Part shown: piece by piece, positions 1-9,199 of the stretch
Layout of the letters: each line of letters starts with the position of its first letter
Numbering within the stretch: the stretch's first letter is position 1
Origin: Vicinamibacterales bacterium
Lineage (GTDB): Bacteria; Acidobacteriota; Vicinamibacteria; Vicinamibacterales; UBA2999
Reading direction: 5' to 3'
DNA: 64,000 nt
NCBI GenBank assembly: GCA_050246635.1
Contig: JBFWVR010000002.1
Coordinates: forward strand, 373,938-437,937
The notes under the pieces: model-generated
What the model was told of the DNA's origin: nothing
The model's input: only the letters and a program-made list of their open reading frames with translations
Database searches by the model: none
Position numbers and translations under genes: made by a program

Positions 1-133
1 CCGGCGCACCGGCGGCCGCGAGGGCGTCGAGCTGCCGGTCGAAGTCGGCCACCGCCAGGGCGTTCACGCCCGGGAACGCCGTCGCGGCGCTGTCGCGCAC
101 GTAGTGGTACATCGCCACGAGGCAGCCACTCAT
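1..133 (-). CDS. partial CDS (first 44 codons, continues off the window): possible polysaccharide deacetylase/deformylase-fold protein
   Basis: Hand translation of the minus strand from ATG 133-131 gives MSGCLVAMYHYVRDSAATAFPGVNALAVADFDRQLDALAAAGAP, open to the window edge. The ATG overlaps the stop of the upstream formyltransferase (tcat at 130-133 = ATGA). The functional guess rests only on my recollection of MYHxV...F..QL-type deacetylase N-termini. Confidence 0.4.
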   Translation of the reverse strand, partial: MSGCLVAMYHYVRDSAATAFPGVNALAVADFDRQLDALAAAGAP

Positions 134-939
134 GCCGCGGGCTCCAGCGAGAGCAGCGACAGCGCCGCATCCCGTGCGTCACGCGCCGACAGGTACTCCT
201 CGATCATGCCGGTCTCGAACTGCTCGTGCAGCCGGCGAACGGCCTGCGCGGAGAAGTCCTTGCGCTGGTACAGGCGTCCGCCCCCCGCCTGGGGGACGGC
301 GCGCACGCCGCCGGCGGCGTGGGCCACGGCGGCGGCGACGAGGACGTCGGCCGCCGCCGTGATGGCCTTGTTCCCGATCTCGTGCGGGCCGTCACCCGTG
401 GCGATCGCCGGGCGCGCGTGCGCGATCATCGGCCCGGTGTCGATGCCGGCGTCGAGGTAGTGAATCGTGGCGCCGACGTACTCGGGCTCGCGGTTCACGA
501 GCGGCCAGAAGTTGGTGCCGGCGCCCCGGTAGTACGGCGAGAGGCCGAGGTGCAGGTTGATGATCCGGCCGGCAAAGCGGTCGATGATGGCCTGGCGGAG
601 CAGCCCCGTCCCGAACACGAGCACGACGTCGGGCGCCAGCGCCGCCATGCGGTCGATCTCGGCAGGATCGTTGATGCAGCCCGGCGCCCCGGTGCGGACC
701 ACGGCCCCGGCGGGCAGGCGCAGGTCTGCATCGGCGCCGAACGCCGCGGCCTCCGCCCGATCGCGCGCGTCGAAGTGCGCGGCGATCACGCGGTGGTCCT
801 CGTCCGATCGCGCGTAACGTGCGGGCACGAACGACTTCTCCTCGCGCCAGACCCCGGCCAGATCGAGCCCCGCCGCCACCCGGTTGGCCACGTGGTGATG
901 CCGGAGGAAGGTGCTCGTGAGGAGGATCACCCGCGTCAT
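130..939 (-). CDS. formyltransferase (Fmt/PurN fold), probable sugar N-formyltransferase
   Basis: Part of ORF 130..1161. I moved the start to ATG 939-937 (MTRVILLTS...), which overlaps the upstream stop by 1 nt; the residues before it are R/G/A-rich. IINLHLGLSPYYRG and YLDAGIDTGPMI match the formyltransferase N-x-H...RG and Asp-loop core. Confidence 0.8.
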   Translation of the reverse strand: MTRVILLTSTFLRHHHVANRVAAGLDLAGVWREEKSFVPARYARSDEDHRVIAAHFDARDRAEAAAFGADADLRLPAGAVVRTGAPGCINDPAEIDRMAALAPDVVLVFGTGLLRQAIIDRFAGRIINLHLGLSPYYRGAGTNFWPLVNREPEYVGATIHYLDAGIDTGPMIAHARPAIATGDGPHEIGNKAITAAADVLVAAAVAHAAGGVRAVPQAGGGRLYQRKDFSAQAVRRLHEQFETGMIEEYLSARDARDAALSLLSLEPAA

Positions 940-2684
940 CACTGCCTCGGGGCCTGCCCGATCATCGTCCGCAGCTTGTTCATGACGGCCGCCGCGAGGC
1001 GCTCGCGCCGCTCGCGGGACTGCCGCACCCGCTTCTCGCGCCAGCGCGCGGCCTTGGCCTTCTCCTTGGCGCGGCGCTCCATCGCCTTCTGGAACCGCTC
1101 GCGCGCGACGCGGCGCGCCCGGTCGGCCTGCGCCGTCCAGTACTGCCGCCGCTTCATCCATCGATGGGCGCGAATCCCGGCGGCGCGCGCCCGCTCCTCC
1201 CGCGCCTCCAGCGGGTCCCAGAGGAGCCGGCGCGTGAGGCGGCCCCGATAGGCGCGCCGCGCAAGCGTGAGGCCGGCGCGGGCCGCGGCTCCGGCCTCGC
1301 GGTCGTCGGCCGGCTGCGCCGGACGTGCCGCGAGGCGCTCGATGGCGGCGACCAGCCGGGGTGTGGCCGCCTCCGCCAGGCCATACGGCCGGAGGAACGC
1401 CTCGACGAACCGGGCACTGCGGCCGGCGTGCCCGGCCGGGTCGGCCAGGACCTCACCGAGCTGGCGTTGGTGCGCGTCCAGCGACCGGGTCGCGTACAAC
1501 AAGCCGCCGCCGACGTTCAGGAGGTAGGGGAAGTGGAGCGTGCCCTCCTGGTTCTCGTGGAACTCGTCCAGCAGCACGGTCAGCACCGGCCGCCCCGCAA
1601 TCGCAGCCTCGAGGAAGGCGGAGGTGTTGAGGCCGACGACCGCGGCGGCGTGGCTGAGCGAATCGAAGTAGTCCGCCTTGGCCTCGGCATCGATGGGGTT
1701 CCGTCCCCAGAGTACGACCGGCCCGAGGCCATCGAGGCTGACCTCGTCCCATTCCTTCAGGCGCGAGGGGTGTGGCCGCACGAGCACCGGGACGTCACGG
1801 AGGGCCGGGTCACCGCTGTTGCGCAGGCCCTCGAGCCACCGCCGGACGAACCGCGCCTCGGACGGGCTGCCGCGGAAGAGCGCGGAGCAGACGTAGAGGA
1901 CGAACCGCGGCGCGGCCGGCAGCCCGACGTGCGCGCAGAACGCCTCGTGCCCGCGCGAGGGCGTGCGATCGAACCACTGGTCGAAGCACTGCGCCCCGGT
2001 GACCTCCACGGCCCCTGGCGGCACCCCGTGCAGCGTCACCGCCTCGTCGCGCTGCGTCTCGTTCCAGACGGCGATGACGTCGGGCACCCATCGGATGAGC
2101 GCCTTGCTCGACAGGTTGTCCCAGCTCCACACGCCGAAGAGCGTGCGGAAGCCGAGCGCCCGCGCGCTGCGCAGGTAGTCGAGCTCGGGCGAGCCGAGGC
2201 CGATGAGGGGCGTGAGCATCACGACGTCCGGCTGCCGTTGCGCCAGGAACGCGTCCACGGCCGGCACCCGCGGGAGGGTGCGCTCGATCTCTCGCAGGCC
2301 GGCCGTGAGGGCGCGCCGGGCGGGCGCCGTTCCCATGCCCGGCAGGGCCGTCAGCCAGAGCATCACGCGCGGCGTGCGCTCCCGGGCGCGGCTGACCAGG
2401 CGCGGGGCGGTCCGGTAGGCCGGCGCCAGGTAGCGGACCCAGTCGAGCGCGAGCCGGATCTTCTCGGTCAGCGTCTCCGACTCGCTGACCGGCCGGCCCG
2501 GCGCCCAGCTGACGCGCAATGCGGGGAACTCGGCCTGCCAGCGGGCCACCATCGCGGCGCCGCCGACCGCGTCTTCCTGGAGCGCCGCCACCTCCACGTC
2601 CTGTCCGTCCTGCAACAGGCGGCGCACGACGCTCTCGTAGTTGCGGAGCGCGGCGAAGTGCCGGGCGACGACCAGCAGGCGCAT
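939..2684 (-). CDS. unassigned GT-B-like paralog family, copy P1 (single domain plus basic helical tail)
   Basis: 581-aa ORF. Motifs present: LDWVRYLAPAY, SWDNLSSKA, VWNETQRDEAVTLHGVP, VLVRPHPS, VVGLNTSAFLEAAIAGRPV, NQEGTLHFPYLL. The C-terminal ~95 aa are R/K/E/A-rich (…ERRAKEKAKAARWREKRVRQSRERRERL…). Confidence 0.85.
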   Translation of the reverse strand: MRLLVVARHFAALRNYESVVRRLLQDGQDVEVAALQEDAVGGAAMVARWQAEFPALRVSWAPGRPVSESETLTEKIRLALDWVRYLAPAYRTAPRLVSRARERTPRVMLWLTALPGMGTAPARRALTAGLREIERTLPRVPAVDAFLAQRQPDVVMLTPLIGLGSPELDYLRSARALGFRTLFGVWSWDNLSSKALIRWVPDVIAVWNETQRDEAVTLHGVPPGAVEVTGAQCFDQWFDRTPSRGHEAFCAHVGLPAAPRFVLYVCSALFRGSPSEARFVRRWLEGLRNSGDPALRDVPVLVRPHPSRLKEWDEVSLDGLGPVVLWGRNPIDAEAKADYFDSLSHAAAVVGLNTSAFLEAAIAGRPVLTVLLDEFHENQEGTLHFPYLLNVGGGLLYATRSLDAHQRQLGEVLADPAGHAGRSARFVEAFLRPYGLAEAATPRLVAAIERLAARPAQPADDREAGAAARAGLTLARRAYRGRLTRRLLWDPLEAREERARAAGIRAHRWMKRRQYWTAQADRARRVARERFQKAMERRAKEKAKAARWREKRVRQSRERRERLAAAVMNKLRTMIGQAPRQ

Positions 2685-2690
2685 CAGGCC

Positions 2691-4925
2691 TCAGTCTCCA
2701 CGCCTGAACTCCGCGTACACCGGCGCATCCGACTTGTCGCGGTCGACGCGGTCGACGAGGGTGAACCCCGCCCGCTGGAGCAGCCCGGTCGCCTCGTTCT
2801 CCAGTTCGCGGTCCAGTTCCACCAGCAGCGCCGTGAGCGAGGGCGCCGCCAGCGTGTGGGCCGCGCCGCGCAGCACCTCGAGCTCGGCGCCGTCCACATC
2901 GAGCTTGATCGCCGTGGGCGGCGGGAGCCTGTAGGCGCCAATCAGGTCGTCGAGCCGCGTCCCGAGCACGGGCTGCTCGTACTTGCCCTGCGACCGCGAC
3001 AACGACTCGCGCGACTCGAGCGCCCGCATCGCATGCCGGCTCTGCCCCGGCGACAGGTTGCGGTACTTGAAGGCCGCGAGCCCGGTGGTCGACCACAGCG
3101 GCAGCTGCACCGGGACGATGCGCTGCTGGCACCCGTTCAGGACGATGTTGTCGCAGAGGTGCGCGAAGGTGGCATACCCCGGCTCGACCGCGACGACCGT
3201 CGCAAGCGGCTCGCGCTTCGCGGCGATCAGCGAGAACGCGCCGACATTGGCGCCGATGTCGTAGAGCACGGTGTCCGGCCGCACGATGCGTTCGATCCAG
3301 TCGACCGTCCAGGGCTCCTTCGCGCAGGGCCGGGCGCGCCAGTTCCGCTCCTCGGGTGACGTCACGCGGATCTGGACCGGCACGGCCTCGTAATCGAGCA
3401 TCACGGTGTCCCCCGCGGTCGTCTCTCCGGCCGGGGGAGCCGCCTCGGCCGCGGGCCGCTCGGCGGCCGCGCGTGCGGCCGCGCGCCTGGCATCACGCGC
3501 GCGCTGGCGTTCGGCCAGCTTGAGGGTCTGCTCGATCTCGTGGACCGCGACCTTGGTCGCGCGCACGTTGAGGCCGTGCGGCCGGATGAAGCTGCGGACG
3601 AAGTCGCGCTGCGCCTCGACGTCGACCTCCCCGCGCACCGCCGCCGCCAGGGCCGCGCAGTGCGTGGCCAGGTCGGGCGACGCCTGCACGAAGCCGCCGT
3701 GCTCCCGCAGCAGGTAGTGGAAGTGCAGCGTGCCACTCTGCCCGTCCGCCAGCTCGTCCGGCGCCGTGATGGTCAGCACCGGCCGCCCCACGATGGCCGC
3801 CTCGAGCTCGGCGCTCGTGTTCAGGCCGACGGCCGCCTCGGCGTGGTGGAGGCACTCGTACAGGAACTGCGCCCCCGAGAACGTCGTGCGCACGACCACG
3901 GCCCGCTCGGCGTCGAACGGACGGGTGACGCGCACCCGCACCTCGCCGTGCCGCGCCTTCCACGCCAGCCGCTCGCCCTCGTCGCCCCACGCGCGGTTCA
4001 GGTCGGGATGGGCCTTCACGAGGATGTTCGCCCGCTCGAGCCCCGGCGTGCGGCGGACCGCGTCGATCCAGCCCGCGATGAAGCGGTCCTCGTGCTCCTC
4101 CGCGATGAACTTCGACGACGCCAGGTAGGTGATCGTCGGCGCGGACGGGTCGAACCCGAAGAGGCGGTCGTACTCCGCCCGCGACAGCGACGGCCGGAGG
4201 CGGAAGAAGTCGTCGAACCGCGGCGCGCCGGTCACCGCAATCCGGTCGCGGGGCACGCCGTGCAGGTCGACGGCCTCACGCGCCTGGAGCTCGTTCCACA
4301 GGAGCAGCCGGTCGGGCACCTCGTGCATGAGGCCCTTGGTCGAGAGGTTGTCCCAGCTGAAGAGGAGCAACGCAATCGGGATGTCCAGCTCGCGGCAGGC
4401 CTTGACGTAGTCGGCCTGGCTCGACCCGATGTCGACGAGGGGTGAGATCAGGACGAGGTCGGGCGCCTCGCTCTGGATCCACTTCTGGATGCCGCGATCC
4501 GCCGGGATGGCGTTCCCCAGCCTGCGGATGGTGTCCTGCAACCGTTCGATCTCGGCCGGCGTGAGGCCGAGGCCGAGCTCCGCGACGCCCGGCACCGGCT
4601 CCCGCGAGCCATGCGAGACGGTCCGGGCCAGCTTGTCGAACGCGCGGGCGCGCAGCTTGCGTGCGCCGGCGAACGGCGGGGTGAGGTACCGCAGGTAGTC
4701 GCCGGACCGTCGCAGCAGGCTCACGTAGTCGCGCCACTCGTCGTGGCGCTTGCTGTCGCAGGTCGTCGCGGAGACGAGCGGCTGGTCCTGCAGGGCCTCG
4801 GGCAGCTCGAGCACGCCGTCCTGCGCCGCAATCCGCACGCCGTGCCCGCGGGCCGCGAGCGTCGCCACCACGCTGGTGAAGTGGCGCATGTAGCCCATCT
4901 GCTTGATGACGAACAGGATCCGCAT
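2691..4925 (-). CDS. paralog family copy P2 fused via a charged linker to a C-terminal FkbM-family methyltransferase domain
   Basis: 744-aa ORF. The N-terminal ~465 aa carry FSWDNLSTKG, LWNELQAREAVDLHGVP, VKAHP, AVGLNTSAELEAAIVGRPV and GQSGTLHFHYLL. The linker is ERQRARDARRAAARAAAERPAAEAA (nt ~3408-3524). The C-terminus carries VLYDIGANVGAFSL…VVAVEP…IKLDVDGAELEVLRG, which is FkbM/Methyltransf_21-like. Confidence 0.85.
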   Translation of the reverse strand: MRILFVIKQMGYMRHFTSVVATLAARGHGVRIAAQDGVLELPEALQDQPLVSATTCDSKRHDEWRDYVSLLRRSGDYLRYLTPPFAGARKLRARAFDKLARTVSHGSREPVPGVAELGLGLTPAEIERLQDTIRRLGNAIPADRGIQKWIQSEAPDLVLISPLVDIGSSQADYVKACRELDIPIALLLFSWDNLSTKGLMHEVPDRLLLWNELQAREAVDLHGVPRDRIAVTGAPRFDDFFRLRPSLSRAEYDRLFGFDPSAPTITYLASSKFIAEEHEDRFIAGWIDAVRRTPGLERANILVKAHPDLNRAWGDEGERLAWKARHGEVRVRVTRPFDAERAVVVRTTFSGAQFLYECLHHAEAAVGLNTSAELEAAIVGRPVLTITAPDELADGQSGTLHFHYLLREHGGFVQASPDLATHCAALAAAVRGEVDVEAQRDFVRSFIRPHGLNVRATKVAVHEIEQTLKLAERQRARDARRAAARAAAERPAAEAAPPAGETTAGDTVMLDYEAVPVQIRVTSPEERNWRARPCAKEPWTVDWIERIVRPDTVLYDIGANVGAFSLIAAKREPLATVVAVEPGYATFAHLCDNIVLNGCQQRIVPVQLPLWSTTGLAAFKYRNLSPGQSRHAMRALESRESLSRSQGKYEQPVLGTRLDDLIGAYRLPPPTAIKLDVDGAELEVLRGAAHTLAAPSLTALLVELDRELENEATGLLQRAGFTLVDRVDRDKSDAPVYAEFRRGD

Positions 4926-4937
4926 GGTGTCGAGGCG

Positions 4938-5954
4938 TCAGCGGGCGAGGCGCGCCAGCATCCGCAGGTTCTTCCCGTAGCCCCCGGCGTTGGCCAGGAA
5001 TTGCAGCGTGTCGGCGATCCGCTCCATCGCGGAGGTGTCCTCGTGATGGAGCTCGCGGCGCTGCCAGAGGTAGTCCACGAAGTCGAGCCCCTCTGTCTGC
5101 ACGAGCTCCACGGAGAGCCCGTGCCGCTCGAGGAACGCGGCGAGGGTGACAGGCGTGTAGTAGTTGAGGTGGTGGGTCGGCCAGATGAAGTGCGCGCCCG
5201 ATCCCATGAGCAGCCGCGAGGCCGAATCGAAGTTCGGCACGTACAGGTAGACGATCCCTCCCGGGCGCAGCAGCCCGAGGCATCGCTCGAGGGTCGCCCC
5301 CGGATGCACGAGGTGCTCCAGCACGTCGAAGAGCGAGATCGCGTCGAAGCTCGCCGGCTCGAAGCCCGCGTCTTCGAGGGCCGCCGTGCGCAGGTCCAGC
5401 CCTCGCTGCCGCCCGAACGCCACCGCCGACGTGTTCAGGTCGATGCCGCAGGCCCGCCACCCGCGCGCCTGGGCCGCCTCGACGACGAAGCCGGTGCTGC
5501 AGCCGACGTCGAGGTAGGACGGCGCCGTGCCCTCGACGAACCGCGCCATTGTCGCGACACGCTCCTCGCCGAAGCGGGTCACGCGGTACTCGTGGCTCGA
5601 CTCCCCGAGGTCCCGCATGATCGTCTGGTAGTCGGTCGAGCCGTACATCTCGCGATAGTGGTCCTCGTCGAAGACCGGGCTGACGTAGACCATGTCGCAG
5701 GCCGTGCACCGCACGATCGTCAGGTGATCCTTCGCCATTTCCTCGCGGCTGGCGTCGCTGCCGCACGAGGGACAGGCACGCGGAACGAGCAGGTCCTCCG
5801 GGATCCGGCCGTAGCGCGCGATGAGCCCGTCGATGGTGTGCGTGCGCCGCGCGAACAGCTGCGCGTAGGAGTCCTTCGGACGCAGCCGTGCCACGTCGAC
5901 GGGCACGTACTCCGACACCGTGCGGTACGGCAGCGACAGCGGCTTCCTGGTCAT
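4938..5954 (-). CDS. class I SAM-dependent methyltransferase with N-terminal Cys4 zinc-ribbon
   Basis: Part of ORF 4938..6344. Start set at ATG 5954 (MTRKPLSL…) with an ATGA overlap on the upstream stop (tcat 5951-5954). Contains CPSCG…CTACD and YLDVGCSTGFVVEAA…ISLFDVLEHLVHP…LRPGGIVYL. Confidence 0.85.
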   Translation of the reverse strand: MTRKPLSLPYRTVSEYVPVDVARLRPKDSYAQLFARRTHTIDGLIARYGRIPEDLLVPRACPSCGSDASREEMAKDHLTIVRCTACDMVYVSPVFDEDHYREMYGSTDYQTIMRDLGESSHEYRVTRFGEERVATMARFVEGTAPSYLDVGCSTGFVVEAAQARGWRACGIDLNTSAVAFGRQRGLDLRTAALEDAGFEPASFDAISLFDVLEHLVHPGATLERCLGLLRPGGIVYLYVPNFDSASRLLMGSGAHFIWPTHHLNYYTPVTLAAFLERHGLSVELVQTEGLDFVDYLWQRRELHHEDTSAMERIADTLQFLANAGGYGKNLRMLARLAR

Positions 5955-8900
5955 CGCGTGTCTCCGGATCCCGAGCGGGCCTGCAGCAGGGCGCCAAGCC
6001 GTCCGCGCGCCTGGCGTGCGCGGCGCGCCGCGCCCCGACCCAGCCGCCTCATGCCGCCGCCGACCCGCGCCGAGCCTTTCGAGGCGGCCTTCTGCAGTCG
6101 GCGCGGGGCCGCGCGTTTTGACAGTTCCTTGAGCCCTTTCGACACCCGCTTGCGCTGGTGGTGGGCCCACAGCCGGCGTTCCTTGCGGGCGGCCGGTCCG
6201 GCCAGCCGGGCGAGCTGGCCGCCCAGCCACACGGGGCCGGCCAGGGCGAGCCGCAGCAGCCGCGCGCCCACGCCCGCTCGGGCAGGTGCGGCTGCCGGAC
6301 GCGCCGCGAGCTCCGCCAGCGTACCCGCCAGGATCGGCACACATGGCCGCTCGAGCCCCCGTGGCCGGATGAACGCCTCGACGAACCGCCGGGTCTCGTC
6401 CCTGGCGGACTCCGGATCGGCCAGCGACGCGGCGAGCTGGGCGAGGTGCTCCTCGAACGTGCGGCCGACGCGGAGGAAACCGCCGTTCTCGGGCAGGAGG
6501 TACCGGAAGTGGACGGTGCCCTCCTGCGTGCCGGCGAAGTCAGGGGTCAGGATCGCGTGGACCGGGCGTCCGACGATCGCCGCCTCGATCATCGCGCTCG
6601 TGTTCACGCCGACGACGGCGCCGCAGTGGTAGAGCGAGTCGAAGAAGTCGGCGCGGTTCTGGTCGTCGGTCGGGTTGTGCTGGCCCTTCGGGAAGATCGC
6701 CGCGGGCCCGAGGTCCGAGAGATCGGCCTCGCGCCACTGCGCCGCGTTGTAGGGGTGCGGGCGGACGAGCACGTTGGCCTCGCGCAGCCGCGCATCGGGC
6801 GACCGGCGCAGCGCCTCGATCCAGCGGCGCACGAACGGCAGCTCGCTCTGCTCGCCCGAGATGAAGAACGAGGACCCGGTGAACAGCACGATCGGCCGTG
6901 CGGGATCGAGGCCGAGCATCGCCGCGAAGGCCTCGCGTGTCCGGCTGGGCTCGCGGTCGAACCAGCGGTCGAAGGGCTGGGCGCCGGTGACCGCGATCCG
7001 CGACGGTTCCACGCCGTGCATGTCGGCGGCCTCGCGGGCCTGGTGGCCGTTCCACACGGTCACCAGATCCGGCTGGACGCGCAGCAGGCCCTTGTTCGTC
7101 AGGTTGTCCCAGCTGGCGATGCACGCGCAGGTGGGCACCCCGAGCGCCGCCGCCGCGCGCACGAGGTCCACCTGCGGCGAGGCCGCCTCGACGAGGGGCG
7201 TGACGCAGAGGGCGTCGGGCTCGTGCTTGTGGACGAACCCGAGCACCGCGTCCGAGACCGGGACGGCACGCTCGAGGCCCGCCAGCCCCCCGAGCAGGGC
7301 ACGGACGAGCGGGCGCGGCAGGCCGGGCACCAGGTCGAGCCACTGCAGCGCCCGCGGCAGGCACTTGCGCTTCATGCGCGCGCGCAGCACCGGCACGTCG
7401 CGCATCTGCGGATCGAGGTACCGCACGAAGTCCATCGTCCCGCGGACCGCGTCGGCGAAACCGGACCAGCGGTCCCCCCGCGGCGGCACGATGCCCGCGA
7501 AGCGGATGCCGTCCCCGCCGCCGGCGAACTGCTCGATGCGGACGGGCTTCCCCTCGCGCTGCGCGTTGACCGCCACCAGCACCTCGGTGCCGCCGGCCGC
7601 GAGGTATCGCAGCGTCTGGTCGTAGAACCGGAGGTACTCCGGTGACGACATGACGAACAGCACACGCCGCGCGCGCGGCTTCTCGCCATCGGCCGTCGGC
7701 CGGCGCGCCGGACGCCGTGCCGCGGCCTGTGCCGCGACGGCGACCGGATACAGGATCCGCCGGACCAGGCCGGCGAGGGCCGGGGCGCGAGGCGCCCGGC
7801 GCGGCGCCGTGGGCAACGACTCCACGACGTCGGCGAAGACCCGGCAGGCCGGCACGTCCAGGCCCTGCGGCCGCACGAACGATCCGATGAACGCCCGCCG
7901 CCCCTGCGTCCCCTGTTCGGGGCTCGCCAGGAACGCGGAGAGCTGCTCGCAGTGCTGCGCCACCGAGTCGGCGACGGTCAGCAGGCCACCGCTGACGCCC
8001 TTCAGATGCTGGAAGTGCAGCGTGCCTTCCTGGGTGGCCGAGAACTCCGCGGCACGGATGCTGTAGACCGGGCGGCCGACGATGCCCGACTCGATGAGCG
8101 CGCTCGTGTTCACGCCGACGACGGCCGCGCTGTAGAACATCGAGTGGTAGTAGTCGTTGCGCGCCTCCTGGTCGACCGGGTTGGCGCCCTCACGCGGCCA
8201 GATCGCCACGTCCGGATAGCCGGAGAGATCGACCGACCGCCACTGCTCCGCGTTCTGGGGGTGCGGACGGATCAGCAGCGCGGCCTCACGCAGTGCCGGG
8301 TCGGCGCTCCCGCGGATGCCCTCGATCCACGACCGCACGAAGCCGACCTCATACGGGGCGATGAACGGCGAGGAGCAGAGGTACAGCAGGATCGGGCGAT
8401 CGGCCGGCAGGCCCACCCGCGCGCAGAACGCCGCACGATCCAGCGACGGCTCGGCGTCAAACCAGTGATCGTAGGCCGTCGCGCCCGTGACGCGCACGAG
8501 GCCCGGCGCCACGCCGTGGAAGCGTCCGGCCTCCACGCGCTGCGCCTCGTTCCAGACAGTGACGGCGTCCGGGATCTCGTGGATGAGCCCCTTCGTCGTC
8601 AGGTGATCCCAGCTCCCGACCGCCAGCATCGTCGGCAGGTGGCGGCGCTTCGCGCCACGGACATAGTCCACCTGTTGCGAGCCGAAGTATAGCAGCGGCG
8701 TCACGACGACGACGTCGGGCGCGACCTCGTCCAGCACCTGGTCCACATGGGGGCTGGGCGGCAGCGAACGCTCGCACATGCGGATGGCCCGGGCCAGGAC
8801 GGCGCGAATGGCCCCGACGCGGGCGAGCGGCAGCTTCGCCAGCGGCGCGGCAAACGCCGGCACCTGTTCCGACGCGCGGCCGCGAAGCGCCGGCGCGGCG

Positions 8901-9175
8901 TCGTACTGCGGATCCAGGTACCGCCAGTAGTCGAGCGACAGGCGGAAGCCGGTTCCCAGCGCGCGCCAGACGTGGGTCTTGGGTGGGGCGACGACGCTCC
9001 ACGTGAAGGCGTCCGGGTAGGCCGCGGCCAGCCGCTCCACGGTGCGCATGCCGCCGAGGCTGTCGCGGCGATCCGCGACCAGGTGGATGCGGTGACCACG
9101 CGCCGCCAGCTCGCGCAGCCCGCTCTCGAAGTTGCGCAGGAAGCCGAAGTGCCCGGCGGCGAACAGGATCTTCAT
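5951..9175 (-). CDS. paralog family, tandem double-domain protein (copies P3a+P3b) with basic C-terminal tail
   Basis: 1074-aa ORF. The full motif set occurs twice: GSWDHLTTKG…LIRPHPQN…VVGVNTSALIESGIVGRPV…TQEGTLHFQHL, then ASWDNLTNKG…VLVRPHPYN…VVGVNTSAMIEAAIVGRPV…TQEGTVHFRYLL. A basic tail follows (…HHQRKRVSKGLKELSKRAAPRRLQKAASKG…). Confidence 0.85.
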   Translation of the reverse strand: MKILFAAGHFGFLRNFESGLRELAARGHRIHLVADRRDSLGGMRTVERLAAAYPDAFTWSVVAPPKTHVWRALGTGFRLSLDYWRYLDPQYDAAPALRGRASEQVPAFAAPLAKLPLARVGAIRAVLARAIRMCERSLPPSPHVDQVLDEVAPDVVVVTPLLYFGSQQVDYVRGAKRRHLPTMLAVGSWDHLTTKGLIHEIPDAVTVWNEAQRVEAGRFHGVAPGLVRVTGATAYDHWFDAEPSLDRAAFCARVGLPADRPILLYLCSSPFIAPYEVGFVRSWIEGIRGSADPALREAALLIRPHPQNAEQWRSVDLSGYPDVAIWPREGANPVDQEARNDYYHSMFYSAAVVGVNTSALIESGIVGRPVYSIRAAEFSATQEGTLHFQHLKGVSGGLLTVADSVAQHCEQLSAFLASPEQGTQGRRAFIGSFVRPQGLDVPACRVFADVVESLPTAPRRAPRAPALAGLVRRILYPVAVAAQAAARRPARRPTADGEKPRARRVLFVMSSPEYLRFYDQTLRYLAAGGTEVLVAVNAQREGKPVRIEQFAGGGDGIRFAGIVPPRGDRWSGFADAVRGTMDFVRYLDPQMRDVPVLRARMKRKCLPRALQWLDLVPGLPRPLVRALLGGLAGLERAVPVSDAVLGFVHKHEPDALCVTPLVEAASPQVDLVRAAAALGVPTCACIASWDNLTNKGLLRVQPDLVTVWNGHQAREAADMHGVEPSRIAVTGAQPFDRWFDREPSRTREAFAAMLGLDPARPIVLFTGSSFFISGEQSELPFVRRWIEALRRSPDARLREANVLVRPHPYNAAQWREADLSDLGPAAIFPKGQHNPTDDQNRADFFDSLYHCGAVVGVNTSAMIEAAIVGRPVHAILTPDFAGTQEGTVHFRYLLPENGGFLRVGRTFEEHLAQLAASLADPESARDETRRFVEAFIRPRGLERPCVPILAGTLAELAARPAAAPARAGVGARLLRLALAGPVWLGGQLARLAGPAARKERRLWAHHQRKRVSKGLKELSKRAAPRRLQKAASKGSARVGGGMRRLGRGAARRARQARGRLGALLQARSGSGDTR

Positions 9176-9199
9176 GGCACGGTCGCGCCGGGGGCGCGG

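Noticed and set aside
1164-3359. 731-aa plus-strand ORF, and similar long plus-strand ORFs at 3540-4445, 4611-6632, 6158-7645, 7952-8692, 8747-9649, 12372-13484, 22064-22963, 24822-27125, 46082-48055, 48098-49573 and 50907-52583
   Set aside because: They run antisense to minus-strand genes that have clear family motifs. Their translations are R/G/A/P/H-rich low-complexity strings without recognisable domains. This is the typical stop-codon-poor antisense-frame artefact of very G+C-rich DNA.
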